Source of the DNA: Camelus ferus
Lineage: Eukaryota
Length of the DNA: 64,000 nucleotides
Direction of reading: 5' to 3'
Assembly: GCF_009834535.1 (NCBI RefSeq)
Contig: NC_045708.1
Location: 4,712,001 to 4,776,000 of the forward strand
Part shown: positions 1 through 12,044 of the stretch, piece after piece
Layout: each line of letters opens with the position of its first letter
Position numbering within the stretch: the stretch's first letter is position 1
Notes under the pieces: generated by a model
The model's database searches: none
Told to the model about the DNA's origin: nothing
The model's input: the letters and a program-made list of their open reading frames with translations, nothing else
Position numbers and translations under genes: made by a program

Positions 1-1763
1 CCCTTATCACGGTGGATCACACAGGCGAGTGAAATCCGGCGAAGGCCGTTTCCGGGCTTTGCATCAGTGAAAGTGGCGAGGTCTTAATCTTCCCCTGGGG
101 ATGTCTCTCTTTTTCCTCCCCTGACATTCCCGGGAGATCCCTAATTAAAGCTACAGATACGGTTTAAAAGTACACTCACCAGATGTTAGTTGAAAATGAC
201 CTATAACTGGCAGCAGAGATGGGAGAGGCTAACCGCGTGCGAGGCCCCCTGCAGCTTTCTCCTCCGCTGTCATTCGGTATGCAAATGAAGCCGGGCAGAA
301 TCTCCAAGCCAGCCCCTCCAAGCCATAAAACCAACTGCTTTGAAAGCAATGCATCAGTAATTCTTATCACCTGGCATCTGGAGTGCAGGAGGCTCACTCC
401 TAACTAGAACATGTCCTAGCGTGGCTTAGGAGGAAGCTCTGAGTTTTGCACTCCGCAGACAGTTTAGACTGATGAATCTGCTCGCTGACGCGCGTCCAGC
501 TCCCTTTAGGACACACCGTTAAAAAAAACAACAAAAAATGGAATCCAGGCTCTGAGATGCACCTGCCATGATGTGACTGGACCTGAACACGGTGGACGAG
601 AAGGATTGTCAGGTGCCCACAGCACAAGAGACCCACAGGGAGGCTGGGGCAAGTCAGACCCACGGCCACCCTTCTGGGGTTTTGTTTCGATTTTTCTCCG
701 TGGAAGTTTCTAGTCAGTTCTAAGTGAGTGAGATCTCAGGCTCCTAGTGCAGTCTGGGTTTGCCCTGCAGAGCTGAGAGAGAAGGAATGTGGTGCTAGGA
801 ATTCATATTGTTGGTAAGGGAAGGACTCTCTTTTCCAGAGGACTGAGATTTATAGGCAGCACGTTCCTATCGGCGTATTTATCAAAGTAAACATGTAGGT
901 TAAATCACAGTTTACCCAGCAGCCACCTGTCAGTTCCCCGGGATGCTGACGGTCCCCGAGACGCCCATCAGCACAGCTGAGCGTTTTCAGCTCCGCTCAT
1001 CACCAGCCCGATGCCCCTGAGCTGGGCTCCAGCTTGAGGCTTCCTGGTGCTTTGGATAAAAAGATGACCCTGCACCTGAGAGTCATAAACATCTCGCTCT
1101 GGGGAGCAAACCAAGGCTTGGCTTTCACACAGAGGCAGAGAGAGGCCAGGGTTTGGATTCAGAAAGGATGGCAGCTAGCGATGCGTGTCCTCCCCGAGAG
1201 GGCAGCAGCGGGGCGGTGGGGGCGCGCTGCCTGGTGGACTCGCAGTGCAGGAATTCTGCCAATCGGTGCGAGTAGGTGTGGTCGTAGCTAATGTGGAAGA
1301 CAAGACCTCTGCATCCTGGTAGCTGAGACGCAGACCCGGGTTTGCGTAAAAAGTAAAATGTGGTTAAATAAGATTAATCTCTGTGTGGTGGAGAAGAGAG
1401 CCTGTAAGGCAGACTGGGTGTCTCAAGGGCATAATTATTTATCAAATTAATTAAAACATAACCACTGGTTCACTGACTGATAACGGGGCTTTCTTGCCCT
1501 CGAAGCAGCCCTCTGGTGAGTGCCTGTGATGTCTCTTCATTGGTTCTCCCAAGGGATCCCCCAACACAATGGCCCAGACTGGTCGCCTGCAGTGGCCACT
1601 CCCACCATCGCCTGGCCATTGCCGACCCGGACTGGGTGTTGGGCTGGAATTCTTGGGATGATCTGGTTCACAGGAAGGGGGTGAGCCTTGCTGGCCCTAC
1701 CTCCATGAAGCCCCAAGCGGGGCTGAGAAGCTCAGCCGGCTGGCAGCTCAGGACTGTGAACAG

Positions 1764-1765
<2 letters not shown>

Positions 1766-1809
<44 letters not shown>
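1766..1809. repeat. (GT)22 microsatellite
   Basis: Perfect 44-bp GT dinucleotide run read directly. Confidence 0.98.
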
Positions 1810-1810
<1 letters not shown>

Positions 1811-2685
1811 AGGGCCCAGAGGCGTGGGCCGTCCACACAGCCCAGAGCTGCCTGGGGGGCTCTGGCTTGGATTCCTGACATGGGGGAGCCAGCCTTGTTA
1901 GAATGAGCACAGAACATAGAAGAGGCTAGTTAATTCAAGGGCACAGGGCTCGTGACATAAACCACTTGGGAACAGTGAAGAGGTTCCGTTGACAAGTGAC
2001 CAGCAGAGAGACTGCAATCAACACGGCCAGAGCTGGGCACCTGATGGGTGGCCTTGGTGGATCACGTTTCCACGTTGCGTGTCCTGAGGAAAGCCGGGAG
2101 GCTGGGGACGTCCGTCCAGGCTCAGCACTGGGCCTGGTTCACGAAGCGCCCAGAACAGTGCAGGCGTCAGCTGGATCCTCCTGCCTTCCATCCTCCTGAG
2201 TCCTCACGTGTGTCCCGGGGACACAGAAGCCTCCTTTCACAGCTTGCTTCGAGTGATAGCTCCCGGGACTCATCCAGGAAGAGAGGAAACAGCGGTAACA
2301 GGGCCCAGAAGCCATGTTTCTGTTTGGTTTATGTTCTTGAGGCCGTGGAAGCAACAGCCAATGAATAACTCGAATGTAATTTCTAAGGGTTTGACCTCTG
2401 AGCAGCTGCCTAGGTGGATGATGACAGATTCTTGAGCAGAATGTTGGCAAGCCCACAGTCACCTGGCGGCTCCAGGAGGCCTGGCCTACGGCGGCTGACC
2501 GGCGCCTGTGGCCTGTGACGGGGTGGGCGCCGTGGCCCTGTGTCCTCTCTGCGCCTTTACCAGGTGTCCACCCAGGCTGCACATTGCCCTCTTTCCTTTG
2601 CAGGGGGCTGTTTTTACCCCTTGTTTGCAAGGGGCTGTTTATTTGAGGACTTGCGCGGTGGGGACAGGGTGTGTGGCATTGAGAT

Positions 2686-3116
2686 CGTGATGGTTAATTT
2701 TGTGTGTCAACCCGGCTGGGCTGTGGTGCCCGGGTTTGGGTCGCACACCGGTTGCTGTGAAGGTATTTTGCAGATGTGACAAATGTTGACATCAGGAGAC
2801 TTTGAGGAAAGTAGCTCCCTTCCATAGCGTGGGGGGTCCTCATCTAGTCAGTTGAGGGTTTTAGGAGAAAGACTGAGGTTTCCTGGAGAAGAAGGAATTC
2901 TGCCTCCACACGGCAACATGCAAACCCTGCTGAGCTTCGAGCCTGCGCCCTGAAGGATTCAGACTCAAGACCTCAACAGCGACTCTTACCTGAATCTCTA
3001 GCCTCCTGGCCTGCCCTACAAATTTTGGACTTGTCAGCCCCCACTCCTTAAAAGAAATCTCTCTCTATATATATACCATCCTCGTTCTGTTTCTCTGCAG
3101 AACCCTGACTAATACA
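2686..3116 (+). mobile_element. MLT2-family (ERVL) solo LTR, MLT2C/D-like
   Basis: Starts (C/T)GTGATGGTTAATTTT and ends GAACCCTGACTAATACA, matching recalled MLT2 termini; flanked by identical GAGAT at 2681-2685 and 3117-3121 (5-bp TSD). Confidence 0.9.
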
Positions 3117-3685
3117 GAGATGACAGTGACATGTCTCCTCCGGAGTTTGGGGGGTTCTGCTCCAGACCCTCCTGCTCTGAGACCCAGCCAGCCCCCAGCC
3201 AGCCCCCAGCCCTCTGTCAGGGCCCAGAAGGAAGGACCCAGAAGACCTACAGAGCACACCCCATCCTGTGGAAACAATTGTGTGTAAGTGACCACACTCC
3301 TTATCCGTTCACACTGGGTGACAAGTGAGGAAGGCTGCTCGCAGGGGCCAAGGATGCCGCACAAAGGCACCGGTGTAAGTCTGGCGGGTCTGGAACCGGC
3401 TACTTTTACATGAGTGTGGACTGTGCCCAGGCACCTCCCTAAGCCTTGACATAAAGCACGCTGTGCGCACAGTAGCGTGCTCAGCTGGCCCATTATTTAT
3501 TCGTGTACTTGAATCTCTGTTGAGCACCTGCCATATTCCTAATGCTCTTCCAACAAGACCCAGCCCCATCCTCATGGGGGTTACCCAGCAAAGACAATAA
3601 ACAATGAAACATAAGCAATGATGTATTTGGGGGTAGATGTAAGTGCCATGAGGAAAAAAAAATAAAGCTGGACAAAACGTGCTGT

Positions 3686-3919
3686 GGCGGTGATGGTTCA
3701 CACAGCATGGCTGTACTTAATACCCCTGGACGGCACATTTAAACTGGAGAAGGCGGCACATTTGATGGCAGGTGCATTCTACCACAATTTAAAAAATCTT
3801 TTTAAAGTGTTCTAAAGTGTTGGTTGCACAAGGCTATGAATAAACCCAAACCACTGAATTTTGTGTTTTAAATGGATGAGTTGAGTGGTATGTGAACTGT
3901 ATTTCAATAAAACTGTTTT
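3686..3919 (+). mobile_element. Two tandem ancient L1M (L1MB/L1MC-type) 3' termini
   Basis: GATGGTTCACAC...ACCACAATTTAAAAAA (3686-3796) and TGGTTGCACAA...TGTGAACTGTATTTCAATAAA (~3815-3919) resemble L1M 3' ends. Confidence 0.7.
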
Positions 3920-4848
3920 TTTTTTAATTGAAGTATAGTTGGTTTACAATGTTATGTTAGTTTCTAGTGTACAGCATAGTGATTCAGTTATAGATATATA
4001 CACATATATTCTTTTTTACATTCTTTTTCATGATAGGTTATTACAAGATACTGAATATAGTTCCCTGTGCTATACAGTAAGACTTTGATGTTTATTTTAT
4101 ATACAGTAGGTTGTATCTGCTAGTCCCAAACTCCCAATTTATCCTTGCCTCCTTTCCCTCCGGTAACCAGAAGTTTGTTTTCAATGTCTGTGAGTCTCTG
4201 TTTTGTAAACAAGTTTGTTTGTGTCATTTTCTTAGATTCCGCATNNNNNNNNNNNNNNNNNNNNNNNNNNNNNNNNNNNNNNNNNNNNNNNNNNNNNNNN
4301 NNNNNNNNNNNNNNNNNNNNNNNNNNNNNNNNNNNNNNNNNNNNNNNNNNNNNNNNNNNNNNNNNNNNNNNNNNNNNNNNNNNNNNNNNNNNNNNNNNNN
4401 NGTCATCTGTCGATGGACATTTAGACTGTTTCCATGTCTTGGCTATTGTGTATAGTGCTGCTGTGAACACTGGGGTGCACGCATCTTTTCAAATTACAGT
4501 TNNNNNNNNNNNNNNNNNNNNNNNNNNNNNNNNNNNNNNNNNNNNNNNNNNNNNNNNNNNNNNNNNNNNNNNNNNNNNNNNNNNNNNNNNNNNNNNNNNN
4601 NNNNNNNNNNNNNNNNNNNNNNNNNNNNNNNNNNNNNNNNNNNNNNNNNNNNNNNNNNNNNNNNNNNNNNNNNNNNGATGGCCATTCTGACCANNNNNNN
4701 NNNNNNNNNNNNNNNNNNNNNNNNNNNNNNNNNNNNNNNNNNNNNNNNNNNNNNNNNNNNNNNNNNNNNNNNNNNNNNNNNNNNNNNNNNNNNNNNNNNN
4801 NNNNNNNNNNNNNNNNNNNNNNTCATTTTTGGATTGGGTTGTTTGTTT
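3920..4848 (-). mobile_element. 5'-truncated cetartiodactyl-type L1 (ORF2 end + 3'UTR), partly N-masked
   Basis: Poly-T then AATTGAAGTATAGTTGG. Minus-strand translation MFTAALYTIAKTWKQSKCPSTDD is the L1 ORF2 C-terminus. Probable 15-bp TSD CAATAAAACTGTTTT (3905-3919) / CAATAAAGTTGTTTT (4849-4863). Confidence 0.93.
4245..4822. other. Assembly gaps: N157 (4245-4401), N175 (4502-4676), N129 (4694-4822)
   Basis: N-runs counted directly; all lie inside the L1 copy. Confidence 0.97.
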
Positions 4849-5236
4849 CAATAAAGTTGTTTTGAAAGAGTGATAGAGCCAGGTGAGAGTGGACTATTCT
4901 AGAATAGCGGGCAGGGAAGACCTGTCCATGAAGGTGGCCTTTGTTGGGAATTGCTGTCATCATCTTGCAGAGTGGCTTCATCCTGCCCACAGTGACAGGT
5001 CTGAGACACAAGCCTTGGCCTGATGCCTCCCGAGCCCAGCCTGGCTCTGTTTGCCTGTTCCAAGTTTTGTTTTGTTTTCCCCCTTCACAGAGCCTTTCAT
5101 ACTGATCATCTCACTGGGTTCTGTTCCAGGCATTCCTATTTTATGTCTTTTTCCAGCAGACATTGTGAGAAGCAGATGTTCAGGGCCTGACCCAGGTCCC
5201 AAAGCCAGTGCTAGGGCCCCAAACAATGCTCTGCCC

Positions 5237-5451
5237 TGGGAGTCAGCACACTTGTTCTGCAAAGGGCCAGGTAGTAAATATTCCAGACTCTGCGGGCTGG
5301 GTGGGCTCTGTTACAACTCTTCAGCTTTGCTGTTACGGCACAAAAGCAGAATTGCAAACACATGGCAGTGGCTGTGTTCCAATAAAACTTTATTTACAAT
5401 AGCAGGCGGAAGGCTGGATTTGGCCCAGGGACCACAGTTTGCCAACTCTTG
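5237..5451 (+). mobile_element. MER58A (hAT-Charlie) non-autonomous DNA transposon
   Basis: Near full-length match to recalled consensus: TTCTGCAAAGGGCCAGGTAGTAAATATT...GGCTGTGTTCCAATAAAACTTTATTTACAA...GTTTGCCAACTCTTG. Confidence 0.9.
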
Positions 5452-5495
5452 CTCTAGCTCGTCCTTTTCTTTTCTCTGGAAAGACTCCCCCCCCC

Positions 5496-5940
5496 TTTTT
5501 TTTTCCCTTTTTAATTGAAGTACAGTCAGTTACAATGTGTTGATTTCTGGTGTATGGCACAATGTCCCAGTCATGTGTATACATACATATATTTGTTTTC
5601 ATACTCTTTTTCATTAAAAGTTATTACAAGATATTGAATACAGTTCCCTGTGCTATATAGAAGAAATTTGGTTTTTCAATCTATTTTTATATATAGTGGC
5701 TAACATTTGCAAATCTCAAACTCCCAAATTTATCCCTTCCCACCCCTCTCCCCCACCAGTAACCATAGATTGTTTACTATGTCTGCGAGTCTGTGTCTGT
5801 TTTGTAGATGCGTTCATAGTGTCCTCTTGTTTTCTTCTTTTCGATTCCACGTATGAGTGATGTCATATGGTATTTTTCTTTCTTTCTGGCTCACTTCACT
5901 TACAGTGATGATCTCTCGGTCCCTCCATGTTGCTGCAAAT
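5496..5940 (-). mobile_element. Camelid-type L1 3' fragment
   Basis: T-tract + AATTGAAGTACAGTCAGTTACAATG...AGTTCCCTGTGCTAT...CCATGTTGCTGCAAAT; clearly homologous to the other young L1 ends in the window. Confidence 0.9.
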
Positions 5941-6177
5941 CCCTTTGAAAGAGGATGAGATTGGAGGGAGGCTTGGTGTCCCCTGTCTCTCCCTTAAACT
6001 GTGTCCAGGAGAAGGCACATGAAGTGTTCCAACCAGCTTGATTCCCCTGGGCGACAGGATGAAGCAGGACCTGCCAGACACAGGACATAGCTCTGTGGAG
6101 AGGCCAAGGCTAGGGAGAGACCTTGGAAGTAGCCCTTTATGGACGGTTACTTTCTTCCATAGGTAGCCAGTGAGCTG

Positions 6178-6350
6178 TCATCCACCCGTCACCCGTCCAT
6201 CCATCCATCTGTCCATCCGTCCATCATCCATGCATCCAACTATACATACATACGTGTAAACATACATGCAGTCTCCCATCCATCCATCCATCCGTCTGTG
6301 CACTGCCTCATTCACAAACATTCTCAGGTCCTACTTTGCACCAGGCCATG
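6178..6350 (-). repeat. (CCAT)n low-complexity tract grading into an L2 3' tail
   Basis: Degenerate CCAT repeats followed by CATTCACAAACATT...CCTACTTTGCACCAGGC. Confidence 0.6.
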
Positions 6351-7460
6351 AATTAGCCACAGGGCTTCGGTGGGGAACAGTCCACAGCCCCTGCTCTCAA
6401 GGAGCTCCTGCCATGAACAATCCCACACACAGTCTATAAACTAGGGAGTATGCTGAGGTGAAGACATGGCAGGAGTGGGCTGGGCCATCGGCCAGGGTCC
6501 TTGTCACCCTGGAAGCCCTTCCTTCTTAGGCCAAGACAGGTCTCACCCTTGTCAGCTGTCCATCACGCTCTCTCAGGACACCAGCCCCTGGAGCTCAAAG
6601 GGTCTCTGAGGTGGAACTTTTCCCATCGGGCTCCGGGCCAGCCTGCACCCTTAGCTCTGGGTCCCAGTCCCGGGCAAGTGGAGGCCTGCCTTTCAGCTGT
6701 GCAAGGCCCTTCACAGCCCTGTGGTTTGGGGTGGAAAGGAGAGGAAGAAAAGCCAGATCACCTCTCCTCCCGCCCACAGAGCAGGTGACCAGCCTGGGTA
6801 CACTGACCAGAGCAGGACACCCACCAGGAGGTGGGGAGCCGCCGTCCTCATGTCCAGCAAGTTGAAAATATTTGCTTTCTCTTTGTTACCTGGGAGCAAA
6901 CAAAGCAGGTTGGGGATTGATTTGGGTCATGAAGATGAGGCTGAGCTCTCGTTAGGGGGGTCCACGGCTCCCTCCGAATTGAGCTGTTGCCCAGTTTGGA
7001 GCTGGCTCCCCTGCAAATGATGACGAAAGTGTTTACCAGCCTGGGGTTCCCGCGGCTGCCACCAGCCTGACGTCTGCGTGATTGTTCCTCCGTGAACATC
7101 GTCTGTGTGTGCGTTCTCTTCAGACGGGCTGGGCGGCAGCTTGGCCAGGGTCCAGCGCTTTCTCTCTCCCCGGAACTCAAGAGTCATGACTGTCTCGTCT
7201 CCACAGCAGACATGAAATGCAGTGTGCCCACCCCAGGTGGGAGGCAGAATTAAATTTCCAAAGGTGCTCCGGAGCTGGCCTCCCGGGGGGCTGTAAGGGG
7301 GAGCAGGCGCGGCCAGCCTGGACATCATCTGCGCTCCCTCCAGCCCACGGTGCCATAGTGCTGGACAGCGGGCCACAGGAGGGGCGATGCTGCGTGCTAC
7401 TGGGATGCCCTCGCTGCCCGCGTGCTGCTCAGTCCTGGGAGCCATGTTCCCGCAACATCC

Positions 7461-7541
7461 CGTTTCATCTTCACATTCACTAACCCTGGGAGACACACCA
7501 CCATCAACTCTGTTTTACGAAGGAGGAAACTGAGGCGCACA
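7461..7541 (-). mobile_element. MIR fragment
   Basis: Core TTTTACGAAGGAGGAAACTGAGGC matches the MIR core. Confidence 0.7.
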
Positions 7542-8904
7542 GCAGTTCCTTCATCAGGAAAATGGGCAGGGAATATCCTACATCTGCCCACCAGGCGCTT
7601 TTCGAGCCACACTGGGGCTGTCGCTGGAGTGGCTGCACGTCTCAGATGGCCTAGAGGGCAGGGCGGGCCGCCCTCAAGTGACCTCAGAAGTCATCCAGGC
7701 TCCTACGGCCAGTCTGGAGGCACGGAGCCGTATCCAGAGCCCAGGAGGCCACGTGGGCTTCCTGGGGTGGGAGGCAGGCCCCCTCCACTCTCCCGGCACC
7801 AACCCGCTGGCTACTCCCCTTGCAGTTCTGGGGCTCCTAGTGAGCCTCCCCGCGGCCAGGGCGGCAGGATTTGAGTTCTTTCTCTGCTAACTGGTGACCT
7901 GCCTGCGTGGGAACTGACTTGTCTCCTGCTCAGCTTGTGCCCGGGGAAGAGGTGGGGCTGGAGGGCGCTGAGGTTCGGGTTGGGAAGAAATGACCCCCCA
8001 ACCCCTGGTGCTCACAGCAGGTGTTCATGGTAAGCCTGGGAGAATGTCCCCCACTTCTTAAAGTCCTACAGCCCTTGGAGTCCTAGAAGGTAGGGCTGGA
8101 GCCGCTTTAGGAAACACACAGCTTGACGTCTGTATTGGACACAGGAGGCGATTCGGGAGGAAGGAAAGGGAAGGGAAGATGCTGTCTCAGTCCTGCCGCA
8201 GGTCCCTGCACAGCCTGGACTGGGAGCTCCAGCGGCTGAACACAGAGCCGTCTTGGGCCAGAGCCTGAGCGCTCCCGGGTCTGGCTGGCCAGAGGCCCGA
8301 CTGTCCACCTTCCTGACGGTTTCCCGCCAGCCCATGCCTGTCCTTCGAGATGTGTTTCCTGGGATCATCGATCAGACTCAGTCTCCTTCTCCTGTGAAGG
8401 CCTGAGGCCCCCGCGCTCCATGGTGCCGGCGCCCTCCGCCGCTCCTTCTCCCTGACCCCCGCGCGCTGCTAAAATACTGTCCTGCCGAGAGGAAATGAAA
8501 AGGGTGCAACCTTATTTCTTCCAAGATCGCCCAATCTAGCCCAGAGGTATAATAAAACCCCAAACTCTCCTTCCAGGAGCCATCTTTTATAAGTCCTATC
8601 TTTCTGCATCAAGTGGTAGGACACACAATTGTGAAATAAAGCACTGAGGCCTGGTGGTTCCGAGTGGCTCGGGGTGTGTGAGGGAAGACTGCCTCCCCTG
8701 GTGGCATGTTTCCTGTGCCCCAGCCTGACTGTGGGGTGACTGATGACACATCATGTTCTACCAGTCTAAAGCTGCAAGCTTCTGCCTGGGTCACGTTGGC
8801 CGTCCCCCTGCGGTCGTGGGCCACGAGAGCCTTGGTTCTCTGTCCAGCGAGGAGTTTGCTTTTAAAACAGACGGGGAATCAGAGTCATTGGATTGGTAAT
8901 CATC

Positions 8905-9370
8905 TTTAATTCACAACATACTGTGTTGTTAAGTTTAGAGGGTTGTTTCAACCATTGTGACAGCTAATGCACTTCCCTTTGTGCTCCACGGGGGATGCTC
9001 CGTCCCTCCCTCTCCTTGCCATCTCCTGGAGATCATCACAGTCCTGAATGCATGCTTGTATTTCCTGACCTGTTGTTTCAGTCATCACTTATACGTGTAT
9101 CCCTCAGTAATACATCATTTGGTTTTGCCCGTTTTTGAACTTCATGTCACTGAGACCCATTTATGTTGGTGTGTAGCCATGGTCCACTCATGTTCAGAGC
9201 TGTGTACTATTCCACTGTGTGTGGCACTTTGCCACAGTTCAGTTAACTCTTCTCCTGCCTGTGGGCATTTAGTTGTAGCTAGTTTTTTGCTTTTATGAAC
9301 AGTATTGCCCAGAGTTGCCTTGTGTATCTGTGTGTCTCCTGGTGTAGTTAGATGGGAGTTTCTCCTGGGA
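8905..9370 (-). mobile_element. Ancient L1ME-type fragment
   Basis: TGAGACCCATTTATGTTGGTGTGTAGC...TATTCCACTGTG...GGGCATTTAGTTG...TTTTATGAACAGT resembles the antisense L1M 3' region. Confidence 0.6.
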
Positions 9371-9759
9371 GTGGGCCTTCTGGGGGCCTGGTCATCTTCT
9401 GCTGTGACACATGCCACCCCATCTTGTGGTTCTGCTCCCAGGGCTCATAGGGGATGGCTGGAGTGGTTGGGGTCAGAACACTGGGGCCAGCCTGGTGCTG
9501 CTTCTCCCAGACCTCTCCACAGGGTCCTTATACCTTGCCCTTCCCGGCACGGCAACTCAGGGCTCCCAGAGCGAGTCTTCCTAATGGCCAGTGGAAGCTG
9601 CAGGCTTCTTACAGTCAGCCCCACAGTCTCAGAACGTCACTCCCAGCACATTCTGTTGACGAAGCTGGTCACTAGGGGCAGACCAGATTGAAGGGTGGAG
9701 GGACTGGATTTCATCCCTCAGAGGAGTAGCAGAAGCAGTTATCTTCACTAGATCCCATA

Positions 9760-10340
9760 AGGTGATGATTGCATCAGCTTTACAAGTCAGCCCACCTTGT
9801 CTTCCAAAGCGACCGCATCACCGATAGCCCCCTAGCAATACACAAGCGATTCCCAAGTTCTCCGCCCTCTGCAGACCCTGTCAGGTTCTTAGTTGGTGTC
9901 AGTGGAGTGGGCGTCAGCTGGGGTCTGTTCACGGTCTTACTTGCATTTCCTTGAACGTGCGGAGGTGGGGCACCTCCTCATACAGTGATCAGACCCATGT
10001 CTTCCCTCTTCTCCCATTCCAGTCTTTTGTCCATTTTTCTATTTGGTTGTCTCTTATTGTAAGAATTTTATAAATGTTTTATTAATACAACCCTTTGTCG
10101 CTTTTATATATTGCAGATATCTTTTACTTTCTAGTTTGTAGCTTTTCACTTTCCTTAAGATGTCTTTTGATGAACAGAAGTTCTTACTTTAATATAGGCA
10201 AATTTATCAATATCTTATTTTACATTTAGCACTTTTTAATCTTCTTTAAGAAATCCTTCCCTGTCTCATAGTCAGAAGGAGGCTCATCACAATTTTTCTT
10301 AAAGTTTGATGTTAACAGTTTAATTCTGAATCTGTCTGGA
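9760..10340 (-). mobile_element. Ancient L1M fragment (ORF2 3' region)
   Basis: TTGCATTTCCTTG...TTTTGTCCATTTTTCTATTTGG...TCTTTTGATGAACAGAAGTTCTT...TTTAAGAAATCCTTCCCT. Confidence 0.7.
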
Positions 10341-11191
10341 GTTTATTTCCTTTTTATTTTTTTCCACTTTGGGGATGACCCGTGTTTCTAACTCCTTTCC
10401 CACGATCTGCCATGCTGTTTCTGAGATGTTGACGACGTTGGGCACATCCTGAAAGTCCTTTCATTGTGCCTAGAAGCTTTTAAGAGTGATTTGGGTAAGA
10501 CCGAGCCACAGCCATGGGAACACTGTTTTTAAACCCCAAGACTCACTTTCTACACCTCGCTCGATCTGTGGTCAGCCAGCTGGGCAGGGCACACCATGAG
10601 GTCTTCCCAGTCCGACGGCTTGGCTCAAGCCCATGCCCAGTGTGAGTGAGCTGCTTGCCCCACTGTCCCCAACTGTGAAGATTAAATCCAGTTCATTATG
10701 TCCAGGGCCTGGCCTGTGACAAATGCTTAATGCCTGGGATGGGTCCTCTCTAGGCTAACTTTTAAAGCATGGGCTACAGTCATTGTGGCTAAAATATTGT
10801 AGCTGAACCTACCTGCCATCTGCTCCCAAACATATACAAAGAATCCCAGCACAGCTGTGGAAAGACAGAGGGTAGGGTGGGAAACTCCAGGACTGCTGGA
10901 CCCTAAGCAGACGTTTCAGGTGTGCGGAGAGGTTCCCTGCTGGGGCCTTCCTTTTGTGGTCAGCCACGGTGCATCCCTCAATGCCAGAAAAGTCCAGGGA
11001 CCAGCCCAGCTGGCAGCTGCAATTGGGAGTCAAGCTGAAGAAGGGCTGCTTGCAGTGGTAACGCAGGGCTGGCTTTGAGGTTAACGGTGTTAGGGTTTGA
11101 AAGCCCCGGGGTGAGTTAGTCCATCTCTTATCCAAGAGTCAGACTATATTTCCTTGGAAACTGGGGATTGAGAAGACAAACAGGCCCCAAA

Positions 11192-11291
11192 GTCCTGGAT
11201 CTTGTCCCACTTCCACCTGTGCTCGCTGTGTGACCCTGGACAGGTCACGCTCCCTCTCTGATCCTCAGGCTAGTTTTCTTTAGAATGGAGG
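11192..11291 (+). mobile_element. MIR fragment
   Basis: GCTGTGTGACCCTGGACAGGTCAC...CTCTCTGATCCTCAG. Confidence 0.65.
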
Positions 11292-11624
11292 GCGGTAAGT
11301 GGCCTAGACAGTCTCTTAGCGCCCTCTTCTTGCTGATAATCTCCGGATCTATGGCATTTGATGATGCCGACCTGCCTCCTGCTGAGGAATTGAAACTGGA
11401 ATAAGAAAAGCCCAAGATTTAGCTTTAAATGTAAGCAGCTGGGAGCTTGCTTCTTAATTGGGTAAACTTCAAAAGATAATGGCATACCTCCATATTGTTT
11501 AAAATCACCAGGCTGGGGGTGGGTTGATGTGAACACATGGGCTCAGCCAATAAGATGTCCTCCCTTAGGAATTAGAGTAATCATCTTGTATTATTTTGAA
11601 AATCTGGGGTGCTTTGTTTTGGGT

Positions 11625-11952
11625 TGTTTTTTATTTTTTATTTCTTCCCAGCTTTATTGAGGTATCATTTACAAATCAATATGGTATATATTTACAGGAT
11701 ACAACATGATTTGATATATGTATATATTATTGTGACATGATTACCACAATCAATTTAATTAACACATTCAACAACTCACATAATTATCACTTTTTTAAGA
11801 TGAGAAGACTACAGATCTACTCTTAGCAAATTTCAAGCGTACGGATACATCATTGTTAACCATAGTCACCACGCGGTACATTCCTGGAACTTTCATCTCA
11901 TAACTGAAAGTTTGTACCCTTTGATCAGCATCTCCCCAGTTTCCCCCACCCT
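11625..11952 (-). mobile_element. L1MA9/10-type 3' end
   Basis: T-tract, CAGCTTTATTGAGGTAT...TACTCTTAGCAAATTTCAAG...TATAACTGAAAGTTTGTACCCTTTGA. Confidence 0.85.
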
Positions 11953-12044
11953 AATTTATTTTCAAATGAACTGGTGAAGAAGAGAATGGAAAGTTAAGCT
12001 GGAGCCTCTGAAATGGAGGTGGGCTCACTTCCAGGGGAGGGTTC

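Noticed and set aside
4111-4851. ORFs containing X runs (also 59355-59831)
   Set aside because: They are open only because Ns hide stops; the readable parts are L1 ORF2 C-terminal remnants.
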